Shown in pieces: positions 29,988 through 41,121 of a stretch of 64,000 bases of DNA. The position numbers and the translations under genes are program-made. The notes beneath the pieces are model-generated. The model was not told the DNA's origin. It searched no databases and saw only the letters and a list, made by a program, of their open reading frames with translations. Origin of the DNA: Anthoceros angustus (lineage: Eukaryota > Plantae > Anthocerotophyta); contig VJWM01000016.1 in NCBI GenBank assembly GCA_010909165.1, positions 434,001 through 498,000 of the forward strand, in the 5' to 3' direction. The first letter of the stretch is position 1, and the number at the start of each line of letters is the position of its first letter.

Positions 29988-31508
29988 ATGGAAGGAGAGG
30001 ACGGCATTCTGGATGTTTTGCCTGACGCCGTTGTACAGCACATGCTGAGTTTCATTCACAATGCAAGGGATGTGGCAGCTTGCTCATGTGTTTGTAAGAA
30101 ATGGAAAGAGGCGATGTGCCAAGGTTATCGACTCTATTTCGCGAGGAATGTGAGCAGTGAAGTGAAGCGCTCTTCCGGAGAAGATTGTGAGGATGACAGG
30201 AACAGAAGCAGTGATGGCATTGTGACCCGCATGGTACTTCAGACGACGTGCCTCGAAGAGCTTGTCGTCTACTGTCCCTTCTCCAATGACAGCATGCTCG
30301 CATGGATTTCGCACGCGAAGAACTCGCTTGAAACCTTGGAATTAAGGTTGGATGAACTAGGAGACAAGAGGCCTGCCACAGGAAGTGTGAGCAAGCTGGA
30401 TTGCATTGCACACTTCCTGCACCTGAGAACGCTTAGGCTATGGGGTGTTCTCTTCACGCAGCAACCCCATGACTTGCGCTCCTTTGGTAACCTGAGGACT
30501 TTGGAGATTGTTGGGGCCCTGTTCGAGGAGAGTGTGTTGCAAAACGTTCTCCGTGCCTGTCCCGTTTTGACTCGGCTGACTCTGCTCGGATGTCAGGGTG
30601 TTCGAGTGCTTTCAATCGAGCTCGATCATCTTCTCGAGTGCAGATTGGACCTTTGCGCTGGTGGTGACTGCTTTGTCACCATTAGCTGTCCATGTCTACA
30701 GATCTGTGAGATCCAGGGTGCTTGTTGGGTGCGCCTTAGGCATACCCTGTGTTTGCGGCAACTATCATTGGCGAACAGCGTCGGTAAGGTTTTATTTTCC
30801 TTGCTACGGTGGCACAGATTTTCTGGAGTATCAGGACACGTCTGTAATGTTTGATTTGGATTTTGACTCAGCAGGCAAAGTTCACAAGCTTGAAGTGGGA
30901 AGACTATCCAACCTGGAGTCACTGTCACTTCGAGGTGTGCAGTGGTCCTGGGACTCCATAACCACTGTTTTACAATCGGCCACGGAGATCCGGGAGCTCA
31001 GAATGCGGGTGGAGTTTTGCGGTGATGGAGACAAGATGGAGCCCTTTCCAGAAATTGATATCGTGAGTTTCTTTGCCAGTCATCCGAAGCTCAAGGTGTT
31101 TGAGGCACAAGGTGCGATGTTTGCCGCACTGGCACAAAAGTACAGCCTGAAGCAGGTCAAAAATTCTTTTGCCATGCCCACTCACTGCTCTCCCGCCTTT
31201 GACCCTCGAATTATTTCTGTGCCACTGCATTCTTTATCTAGCGCAGACTCTAAAGCTACAACCTACGTTCGCAGGTAACTCCTATGACCAGGTTCTCCTG
31301 CCTGGAAGAGGTCTGGGTGACAATCAGGTCCCCTCTTAATGGTGAACAGAAACTCGCAACTTTGCATTCTTTTATCAAGTGCTGCCCCTCACTTCGCCGG
31401 TTGGCAGTGAAGGTCACTCAGATGAAGACATGCGAGGCAGCTGCCGACGACTTCTTTTTCAGAGTGCTATCTTTAGTGCGTGTGTGCAGCAAGGTCACCA
31501 TAGAATGA
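29988..31508 (+). CDS. F-box/LRR(RNI-like) protein, At1g10780-like. Exons 29988-30783, ~30875-31155, 31275-31508
   Basis: N-terminal F-box LDVLPDAVVQHML..NARDVAACSCVCKKWKE; LRR-like repeats; LSLRGVQWSW; EPFPEIDIVSFF; GAMFAAL. Confidence 0.88.
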
Positions 31509-31850
31509 CTTTCCGAAGACAAGGGCCCACTGCCTGATGACCTTTGTTGGCTTATAACTCGTAGGCTTGTTCGTGGTCCAAGTCCCATGAAAATTCATGA
31601 AAATTCCATCCAAGTGGACTAAAATAACGTCGTCTGCAATTTCATTGAGACAGCCCTTGACACTTTCGCAGTAGGTCAAGCATAGGTGCGTAAGTACATT
31701 TTATTTTGCATTTTATCAATCTTGCAACTGCACACGCTTAACATCGACCAGTGTCGACAACAGATTCAAGAATATCGCAGAAACCGAATGAAGAGGAAGT
31801 CTCCGGAGAGGTCATGACCAATGCTATAGATCTGAAATCAGGCGTTTTCA

Positions 31851-34542
31851 TCACAAGGTGGAATGCCACCTGCGCAACTTCCTTTCAAAAACTGCATCGT
31901 TACAACCGTAGATACTATTCAGGGAGCGGGAACAGAACAGTTGCCCAAAGCCAAGACGTTCGAACCTGGGAGCTATGCGCTTTGAAAGACTATAGCTGAA
32001 GAACTGAGGGAACTGAACCAGCTCCTGCCGGGACCTCTTCATGTCATCGACTAAGTACCTGTACTTGGGCTCCAAAGCTGTGCACACACTGAAGCCGAGA
32101 AGGGAGGGTAATCTCCTTACCATGTCTGCGATTTCGGATCTGCAACCATCCAGGCAGCCCCTCTCAAGCTTGGCAACCTGACTAGAGACCAAACCTGTAA
32201 AAGAAGCAAGAAGAGCAGCACTCTGAACCCACCTGCTGAACCCAAGGTTGCGGAGGAACTTCACAGTTGGGATGAGATTCTTTTCCACACTCAACGTGAG
32301 CAGCTGTGGATGGCGTGTGACTAGCCTGTCAACCACAGACCCTCAGCTGCCTATATAAATGCCAGCTGTTGTGCTTAAAACTGAAGGCAGTGTTGAGACC
32401 ATTACTTGGCAAGGTCTCGAGATTTGATCCCAATACTGGCAAGGTATCTCAAATTTGGCTGAAGCTTAGAGTTCACGCTATGTGCCAGTATCATGGGCTT
32501 CAATCTGAGAACCTGCCCGGCATGGACAAATCACGGCATGAGAAAGGACATGCGTACATCCTATCACCTGCTCTAGTACGACTGAGCAGCAGTGTTTCTA
32601 CCTTCAGTAAGCCAGGCCCTTCAACACCTATATCATGCAGAAACTTCACAGTTGGCATCATGTTTTCCTCCACACTTAGACCAAGCAGTTGAGGTGCATT
32701 GTAGATAACCTGGTGCACGCAACCAGAAGCCATTCAACAAAGCCAAGGCCACAGAAATCTGATATCCGACCGTATGATGTACTACATAAGGACTGTCAAA
32801 GGAAATACAAGGCAGGTACCCACCTTACCAAGTTCCTTGCGATCAAGCCCCAGGCTCAGAAGGTATTCTGTTCGGCGGACAAAGCTATGCCGATTCCTTA
32901 GCAACTGAGGATGCCTTCTAAAGAGCTTGCCCATGAGGGCTAGTTCTACTCCCAAGCTCTGAAGGTGTTGAACAGTTGGCTTAAAGTCCTATAGAAGCAC
33001 AAGTGGAGCAGCAAACCAAAGAAAGCTTTGTCAGAAAAGGAGTCAACTGGTCAAGAGGATAGGCGCAAGGGAAAGAATTACCTGTTCAAGATCATAGCAA
33101 AAGAGCCCTGGGAACGAGGTAACAATCTTGTCGATGTCATCTGGCTTGGCATTGATGACCCTGAGATAATTCCCTATTGGCATCAAATCCCTTTCTATAT
33201 TGCTCTCCAGTAGCACGGGCCTTCGTCTCAGTAGTCCCCCAAAGTGCTTCTTTTGTACGCCTATACCCTCCAGAAAGGCAAGGAGTGACTCCACCCGGAA
33301 TTTAGCATCAGTCAGAAGGATAGGATATCGAACGACCAGCTTCTTGAAGTCCCCCGAAGCAATACCTAAGTGATCGAAATATTGCACAGTCTCGAGCAGC
33401 TCCTCCAACTGGCAACCTAGAACTTGTGGCGTCTTTGTCACTATCTTCCCAATCTCAGTATCTGACAAGCCCAGACTTCTCAAATACTCCGCCACTGGAG
33501 CAAGCCGGTCATATTGGAAGGTTAGCAGCTGCGGACACCTTGTGAGAATTTGTGGGAGCTGAGCAATCTGGACTCCAATGGCTCGCAAAAACTCCACTTT
33601 GGCCATGACCTCGTCAATCTTCCGGCTCACAAAAGGGAGCAGCTTGGAGATATCATGGGCCCTCATGCCGATATGTTGAAAGTACAGAGCCAGCCTCGCT
33701 ATGCCAAGGTTGCCAGCAATGAGTGCGACACTAACACTGAGAGGAAGTGCTGTTCTACCCATGTTGTCATCCAGTGTAACAGGATGCACATCAAGGTTTC
33801 TCAGCCTCCTCATATCCAACAGGGGCTCAAAGTCTCGTTCAGCGTTCGAGCCACTTTCTCCAACAGTCTCTGTTTCCAACCGGATCCCAACATGGCCGTT
33901 TGAAGACTGTGAGTCGGTGCCACTTCCGCACGCCAACGAGGGAGCATTACAGTAGCTGCCGAAGAACTCCTTGGCCTCGATGATGAGCAAATCAACCAAA
34001 TCCCCGGCATAACGGACGAACTCAAAGGCATATCCGGAATGAACCCCTTCCTGCTCCAGCAAGTCCAGCAGCCCATTCATAGCCTCAGCCCGCTCCCGCC
34101 ATGAGAAATTAGCAGAGCCCTCCAGCGCGTTTGCCTCTCTGTCCAGGAGAGTGGGCCGGCCAGATATTTTGGATGCCAATGCCGGTAACGAAATGAAGCT
34201 GTGGATCTCCTCCAGCCCAGCTTTCTCGGCGAGGGGACTGTTGCCATCTCTCTCGAGACCTTGCTGAGCAGCGGACGACGCAAAGACGAGTATGGGTTTA
34301 CAAGACGCATAACCCCGAGCCCAGCTCCTACCGGCGAATTTGATCGGGTTCAGGCCGGCTCTACATTCTGAGGAGCTCTGTCCCGACTTGCACCTGCTCC
34401 AAACGCTACGGAGACCGCCGTGGAAGCTCACCAGGGGTGCGAGTGGAACAGCAAGGGCATCGAGAGAGCAAGGAGCATTCACCGTGGGCCTAATGGGCTT
34501 AGCACAAGACGCATCACAGCAGTCGCGCAAGAGGAATGACAT
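31851..34542 (-). CDS. mTERF family protein with a probable organellar transit peptide; multi-exon 3' half
   Basis: Repeated mTERF motifs (TRCPQLLTF, KTPQVLG, YNAPQLLGLSVEENMMPTVKFL) and the C-terminal LVQFPQFFSYSLSKRIAPR. Confidence 0.9.
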
Positions 34543-35214
34543 GAAAATCTGGCATTCCAGATTTCCAGCTAATCGGATGGCTTCCAGGACGACTGACTGG
34601 AATTTACGCTGGGCTGGCAAAATTCTCAGTACACGTCCTCACAACCTACAGCTTACCAGTGCGCCTCGTCCCCAGCGAAGTCTCACCGCAGACTTCTTGA
34701 CTTCAGCACTCAATGCTATCCGCATATGTTCGGTTTGTAGACGTTTTTCAGAGCGACTTCGAAAGCGGGAGAGTTTTGTTTTTTTTTTTCACTTCACCGC
34801 AAAACGAGTCCATTCCCGAACGAGGTGCCTCCAGAAGTCCAGGAGGAGAAAAAACGGCCATGTCTATTGTAAAAGCCATAGATTCCAAAAGATTCCGGCA
34901 CCCAATGTGGCTGAATATGGAATACCATTTGTACTGGCATCACATATCAAGTAGCAGTTGATGTACTTTTCTAGATAGTTCATGGTAGTGGATGTATTTT
35001 ATAAGGAAGTTCATGATATATGAAATATAATTCAGAATATAATTAATCATTTTTCACATAATTTGTTTTATTAATTATACTTTTGAGTAAAATTATGATG
35101 TCTTTTATATAAAAATGATGAAACTTTCATCATTCACTAAAAAAACTAATAAATTTATATTCTGAATATTAGGTTATCATTGGTTATATAATTCAGAAAT
35201 AGGAGGGAAGAGTA

Positions 35215-35520
35215 GACGTTATTAATAGGCGAGATGGGGAATCCCATCTACCCCTGAAGTCCGAGGAGGAACAACCCAAAAAGGGCTAATAGTAAAAGGG
35301 GAAGTCCTAGTTCCCTCGATTGCCTTTCCCGTAACTACCTACTGCACCCATGATATCGTGATCAGGGATGATGAAGGGCCTACCTACCACCGGTGTCGAA
35401 GAAGCCGCTAGTCCTGCGCACGTAGCCGTCCTATAAACAACGTTAGCCAGCGCTTTCTGTAGAGCTATGGAAACCCGCTGGCGAAAGAAAACCACCACGG
35501 AGGAAAGGGGGAGGCCCCTC
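35215..35520 (-). mobile_element. Possible 3' relic of a non-LTR retrotransposon
   Basis: FFRQRVSIALQKALANVV resembles the QRxSxALQRxxA C-terminal motif of restriction-like-endonuclease non-LTR elements. It is a GC-richer patch within AT-rich DNA. Confidence 0.4.
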
Positions 35521-35985
35521 CAATTTATGTGGCTGTGATAGGCTTTCAGAAATATATAAGGCAGTTTGGAATAATTTGTTATCGTTAGTTAGTTCCACAA
35601 AGTGTCAAAGTTAAGAACGAATATCCTTGAAATTCATTGATACAAAAGATACAAAGCTCTCAACATTTGCAAACACATAAGGAACTTCAATGTATTATCC
35701 CCAATTCTCAATCTCCTTAAATAGGTTACTCTTTATTTAACATATTATTTGAGAACCTTCTCAATGAATTCAGAATTCACAAAATATGTTGGAGATTACT
35801 AAATTGAGTTCATAAGTAACAACAAACTAAGATCTTCGCCTCTGGGTAGAAAGGGGTTTCTCCAGTAATTCCTTTTTGCACACAGACAATTTCCGCGAAC
35901 CAGAAATTGCATGCCGAAAAATCCTCACCGAAAATGGTCATTTTGAAGAGTTAGGTCTTATTTACATATGTATAAACGTATTCAA

Positions 35986-36122
35986 TTTTAAACTTTATCA
36001 AATTTGTGAGATCTTTTTAAGAGAAGGTCGTTCTCACGATTTTAAACTTTATCAAATTTCTGAGGTCTTTTAAGAGAAGATCATTCTCACGATTGGCACA
36101 TGTACAATTGGCACATGTACAA
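35986..36122. repeat. Local tandem duplications (~53-54 bp x2, then 15 bp x2)
   Basis: ttttaaactttatcaaattt...aagagaag.tc.ttctcacga occurs twice; ttggcacatgtacaa occurs twice. Confidence 0.85.
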
Positions 36123-36741
36123 TCAATTAAACTTTTTAGGGCCCATGCTGTGATTCTGGTGCACAAACTTGTTTGCTGGTATGCAATCTATGTCCGAAAG
36201 AGGATCTCTGTCCTGAAAGAGGTCCTTGCTCCGTGCCTTACGTATTCTCATCAGCTTCACGACTAGGTGCCCAGACAAGCTGCTTCAAGCTTTCGAGCTC
36301 TTTTGCAAACCCCTAGCCCGTTCTTCCTGTTCATAAACAATCGTCTAAGATCCTCTGTTGCCAATCAAACAGTAGATCATTTCAGCATGTTTCTTGGACC
36401 ACCGTCGGTTGTGTTGATGAAGCTTGTGCCCTTTCTCACATCGTATGACCATGTCAATGCACTATGCAGGTGGAACGTACTGCGAGGGCCACCATGGATA
36501 TGGTAGCTTGGTAGCAATGATTGGATTTCAAGGTAGAAACCTTAACGTAACACCAGAAGTGTTGTCCGATACCATGGATTGTTTGTGGCTACCCAGTAGA
36601 ATCAGCTACACGACCTCTAGGTGCTTTCTTTGTACAGTCCTCTTATTAAATAAGACGAGACAGCACCGCAACGTGCTCATGGTATACATGTTCTTTCTTG
36701 GTCCAGTAAAGGCACGTAGAAATCAATTCTTCTTGCCACTC

Positions 36742-37191
36742 TCACGCACCCGCCGCAGGAAAGCAGCACTGATTATTTAACGAGGCTGGATCTGCGCAGG
36801 TGCGTGCTGGAGCAGCGCATCTTCGTCTTCGTGCTCTACCGCCTGCAGTTGGCCCACCCGCACTCGTGCCATTAAGCTGGGGATGATGCGCTGTAACTGG
36901 ATGCAGAGACGGAGTGCTTCCAATCAGTAGAGAAGCACCGGCAACAACTCGACGTGGATGTTGTGATTGGGTTAGGTGATTACTAACTTTGAGGATCAGC
37001 TCGCTCATCTGCGTTTCAATCGACTGGAGCAGTTGTCTGTTGTGTTCCTCTATCCTCCGCTCCGCACGATACATGCTGACGATGCCTGCGATGGTCACGA
37101 TGAGACTGAGACTGGTACCAGCAATGCCCACAGCCAAAGCAGCCCAACAGCCATCACGCGCACTCCCGAAAGAGTTGCCTGCAGAATCCAT
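36742..37191 (-). CDS. Small single-pass membrane protein of unknown function (149 aa)
   Basis: ATG-initiated; hydrophobic ALAVGIAGTSLSLIVTIAGIVSMY followed by the charged helix RAERRIEEHNRQLL. Confidence 0.5.
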   Translation of the reverse strand: MDSAGNSFGSARDGCWAALAVGIAGTSLSLIVTIAGIVSMYRAERRIEEHNRQLLQSIETQMSELILKVSNHLTQSQHPRRVVAGASLLIGSTPSLHPVTAHHPQLNGTSAGGPTAGGRARRRRCAAPARTCADPASLNNQCCFPAAGA

Positions 37192-37597
37192 TCCCTTCAG
37201 ACCTCCGAGGATCTCCTAGCTCAGTTTCAAGTTCTTTACTGTATGCTTTTGCTAGCTATATGCTACAGAGTGACTCCGGACTGCATCCCATGGTGGACGG
37301 AGAAGGCTGTCAGCCCCTGCTTGCTCAATTCCAGCTTCCGCATTCGGGCAGTGCCTTTCAGCACATCAACCGTTGCGCGAACACATAGTAAGTTGAGGAA
37401 GCCCACTCGGCTAAGGGTAGACAAATCGCTCTGGTACCCCGATAACATAGCGTCCTGGAAAGAGAATGGTGAGCAAGCTCAGGGACGGTCTGTTTGCTCT
37501 TCCACGATGGACATCTGAGCATAAAGGTTAGCAAACGTACAGCTTGCCAGCAGTCAAAGTACCACAGAGAAAGCAGAACGCAGAGGTCCCTCCAGCC

Positions 37598-37909
37598 ATG
37601 AGTTCAGGGGCTTGCGTTAGTGCGCTTGATCGATTTGGCGATGCCTGCGACATCGCTGGGCTTGCGGGCCTTCTTGGTACCGTTTCCTTTGTCCTGGTTA
37701 TCTTCGTATCAGGCATGTACACCGCGTACGTTGCGGAGCGGAAGTTCAAGAGGGAAAGGCAACGAGCACTCAACGCCCTGCAGGTTGACGAGGTCCACAG
37801 AGCATTGCATTCAGCGGCCACCAGGAACTCCATCCGGCTGCAAATCTTCCTGGTGACAATGGACAGGAATTTCCTGTCCGCCTCATCTTCCCGTGGACAA
37901 GACGTTTGA
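37598..37909 (+). CDS. Small single-pass membrane protein of unknown function (103 aa)
   Basis: ATG in gccATG context; TM IAGLAGLLGTVSFVLVIFVSGMYTAY followed by VAERKFKRERQRAL. Confidence 0.5.
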   Translation: MSSGACVSALDRFGDACDIAGLAGLLGTVSFVLVIFVSGMYTAYVAERKFKRERQRALNALQVDEVHRALHSAATRNSIRLQIFLVTMDRNFLSASSSRGQDV

Positions 37910-38349
37910 ATTAAGCTGTTCTGCATCACACTGTTCAGATTGCTGCCAATGCTTCTCTCAAGCGGGCATGCGAAATACAACTCATCAAAAGCCTTGGTCC
38001 GCCGTGGTCGCCGCAAGTATGGCCTCAGAACATAACCTCCAAAACCTTACAAGCGTGACTGTTGGTTGGGGTAGGTGTGGAGGCCTTTTGAAGCTCAGAG
38101 TTGAAGGTAGACTGCATGGACAAAAAATATCAGTGTCAATGTTTGAAAATAAATTGATAAACCTTTTTGGCATTTGCAAGATGTTGGAGTGACACCTTCT
38201 CACCTTCCCCCGCTGAGGAGCTTGTATGTCTGCTCCCTAACGATTGAAAGCCCCACATCACCCACGAGATGTTCCAGAAAGGGCCACAAAAGGTCTCCTG
38301 TCACGATGCCAGCTTTTTCTTTAGTCCAGTGACTCCAGGAGAGGTTTAT

Positions 38350-40963
38350 CTAGCGAGAGTATACATCGGTCAGGATACCCTCACAATAAATACCTGCTGT
38401 GGCATGCTTCCCACCCAATTTTGTCACAAGCCTGGAAGAAATTTGCACGACCGACGAGTCTTCAACCCCTAAGCCGTTTCTTGAGATGGAGTTGGTAGAC
38501 TGTAGTACACCAGATAGATTCTGGAACCATATACCAGAGGGGAATCTTTGCGGCCTGAACAGCCAATTAGCAACTTCGACGTACGGAAATCTATGGACCG
38601 CTTCGATTAGAACTTGCAGGCTGTAGCTTATCATAGAAAGGCAAACATGGATAATAGTGAAGAACATGTAAAAGGCTGATACAGTGGGCAGAAGAAGAAG
38701 CAAGGGGGTGAACATCAAGGAGGCCACCACAATTTCTTCCACCGTGCAATCATAGGAGTCCACACGTCCTCTCAACGGGTTATGTTTACGTCCTCTGTTA
38801 CAAAACAAGCAAAAAACAGTTGGATACTATCCCAAAAGTCATGAAAACACACAGATACAACGGAGATAAGCACCTAAACAATCTCAATAAGGATGACAGT
38901 GATCGAAGCTGAATGGAGTATACGCAAGCCAATGCTCTGTGGAGCATTGACAGATGGAGAGTGAAGAGAAAAAGCATGTCGACAAGTATCGCTGCCTGAA
39001 TGGTGATACCCAGAAATGTTCCAGATACGGCGACAATTTGTAGTATGATATCAAACCCTGGCATGAAAGAATAGCACAAAGTTGACCACGTGTGTGTCAC
39101 GTGAAGAGATACCGTCCCTAGCACCCCAGTTAGCTCAGTATTCAGCTTGAAACCTGCTGGTACTCCCATCAGCCAAATAGAGCCGGAGCGCACAATGTTG
39201 TTGGTTAAAAACTTAGCCATGCTCAGCATGTAGTTCTGAACATGAACTCTGTTGATAAGCAGGAACATGCCTGCAAGAGCTCCCAAAAATATATCCGAGC
39301 AGAAGGCCACAACAGTTGCATACTTAACAAGTGACAGTCTGTGAGCCACTGAAATATCTGGCAGGTGTGGCCTGCATCAACGGCCTTTGCTCTGTGAGAA
39401 CTCTGAACTGACTCCACCCAGGGCCACTAAACAATGAAATGCAGCAGTGCAAAGATCTTACCCCATGCCACCCCACAATAAGGTTACTGGCCAAGCCCTC
39501 AATTCCTTGCATCGAAGGTGCAGGTTTCTCAGAGTGTGACTCGTCGGAAAAGAATTCGCACAAGGCCGGGTCTGTAACCAGGTTTCTAGAAAGCTACCAG
39601 CTTGGGCGCACAATAACATTGCGGTAGCACATGAAGCTAATGCCGTTGCTGATAAGAACCACAAGTTCAAACAGAGACTGAAGAAACTGTGTCAGCAGGA
39701 TGTATGACCTACCCAATCACCATCCACCCTGAAATCATGAGTTCCGTCTTATCACCCTACAGAAGAGTCAGCTGCTTACCTTGAAGGAGTCTCTTCAGAT
39801 TTCTGACATCGATAGAGGGACAGACAGCAATTTGGAGCGGCCTGGTTGACGAAGTTCGAACAATTGAGTTGAGATATTATCCGATCCTACACGAGGACTA
39901 ACATTTAGAACAAGCTTAGTCGAAGCTGAAAGCAAAGAACAAAATCCATATGCAGAGCCGAACTTCCTGGACCAGAAGATCCTGATCAGTGAGAGCACAG
40001 TTTCATACCATGTTCGGAGCTCCATGCTGCTCCTCGAGAAGCAGCACCCACTGTGGTTTCTTAGGACGGTGCTTGAGAACTTGGCCTCGGTCACTGACAT
40101 CCTCAATGCTCGGAAATGATACCAAATACTTCCATGTCCGAGAAGAGAAGTGGTGACTCCAGAATTGGGGCTGCTCGTAAGTCACAATCTGCATTTCCGT
40201 CACCATGACGTGAGAACATGCGCTTCTTTCATGATATCCATTAAAAATCTGAAGGGCAGAGCAGGGGTTGCCACCTACATGAGCATTGATTGAGCTGCAG
40301 GGAAAATCAACATGCAGAGCAAGCAAAAACGGAAGTGGCTGAACTGAGGAATCCCGCCCGTGTTCCTGGACGACCGCAATTTCTACCCAGACAGCAGATT
40401 TGCGAGATAAGGACCTCTGAGTCCTCGATCGTGGCTTGAGACCCAAACCAGTAACATCTTCCGAATAACACGGCCATGATTGGGATGTCACACGCGCTGT
40501 GCCTGTCCACTTCCCTGGAATATACAAATCCTCGGGCCAGCCTGATTCATTGCCGTCGTCCGAGACGATCAGTCCACTTGACCCGCGAATCTCCCCAAGG
40601 AAAGCAGGTTTCTCTCCCTGCTTCAAGATGTCAGGAAGCAGGTGCCACACCCTCCCTAAATTTGTCTGCAAAAATGTTCCTTGTTCAGACATCCTGAGAG
40701 TCTCACCTACCACTGCTCTCACAGGACAGGCATCTGATGACAAAAGATTCAGAAAACTAATCCTACACCTGAGAAACCAAGGTTAAACCAGGAACGACCT
40801 GCAGTGCGAGATCATAGGCTGCCTGCTCCAGGGAACATGCACCGGCGATCACCAGATCCAAGCATTGGTCACTCCAGTTGACCCAACCCACCAATCCCAA
40901 GCTGCTACTCTGCGGATTGCAAAGATGCTGAGGTAGCCACACCCGACCTTGCTGAAGCTGCAT
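38350..40963 (-). CDS. GPI1: GPI-GlcNAc transferase subunit GPI1/PIG-Q, multi-exon
   Basis: WLMGVPAGFKLNTEL, SLLRLFRGRKHNPLRGRVDSYD and LMFTPLLLLLPT are Gpi1 domain signatures. Confidence 0.92.
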
Positions 40964-41121
40964 CCTCCTCTCCAGCTGAAACCCTAAACCCCCATGCCTC
41001 AGTGCTGCAACTCCTGTCAACAAGATGGTGTATATTCTTTGAAGTCCGTAGGATCTTTCAACAACGGCTTGTGGCAATAGCTGATTGTATTTCTGCAAAC
41101 GGAGTCTTTACATTCGAAGCG
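40964..41121. promoter_or_regulatory. Putative bidirectional promoter or overlapping 5' UTRs of GPI1 and DPH2
   Basis: Only 158 bp separates the two divergent inferred ATGs. Confidence 0.55.
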
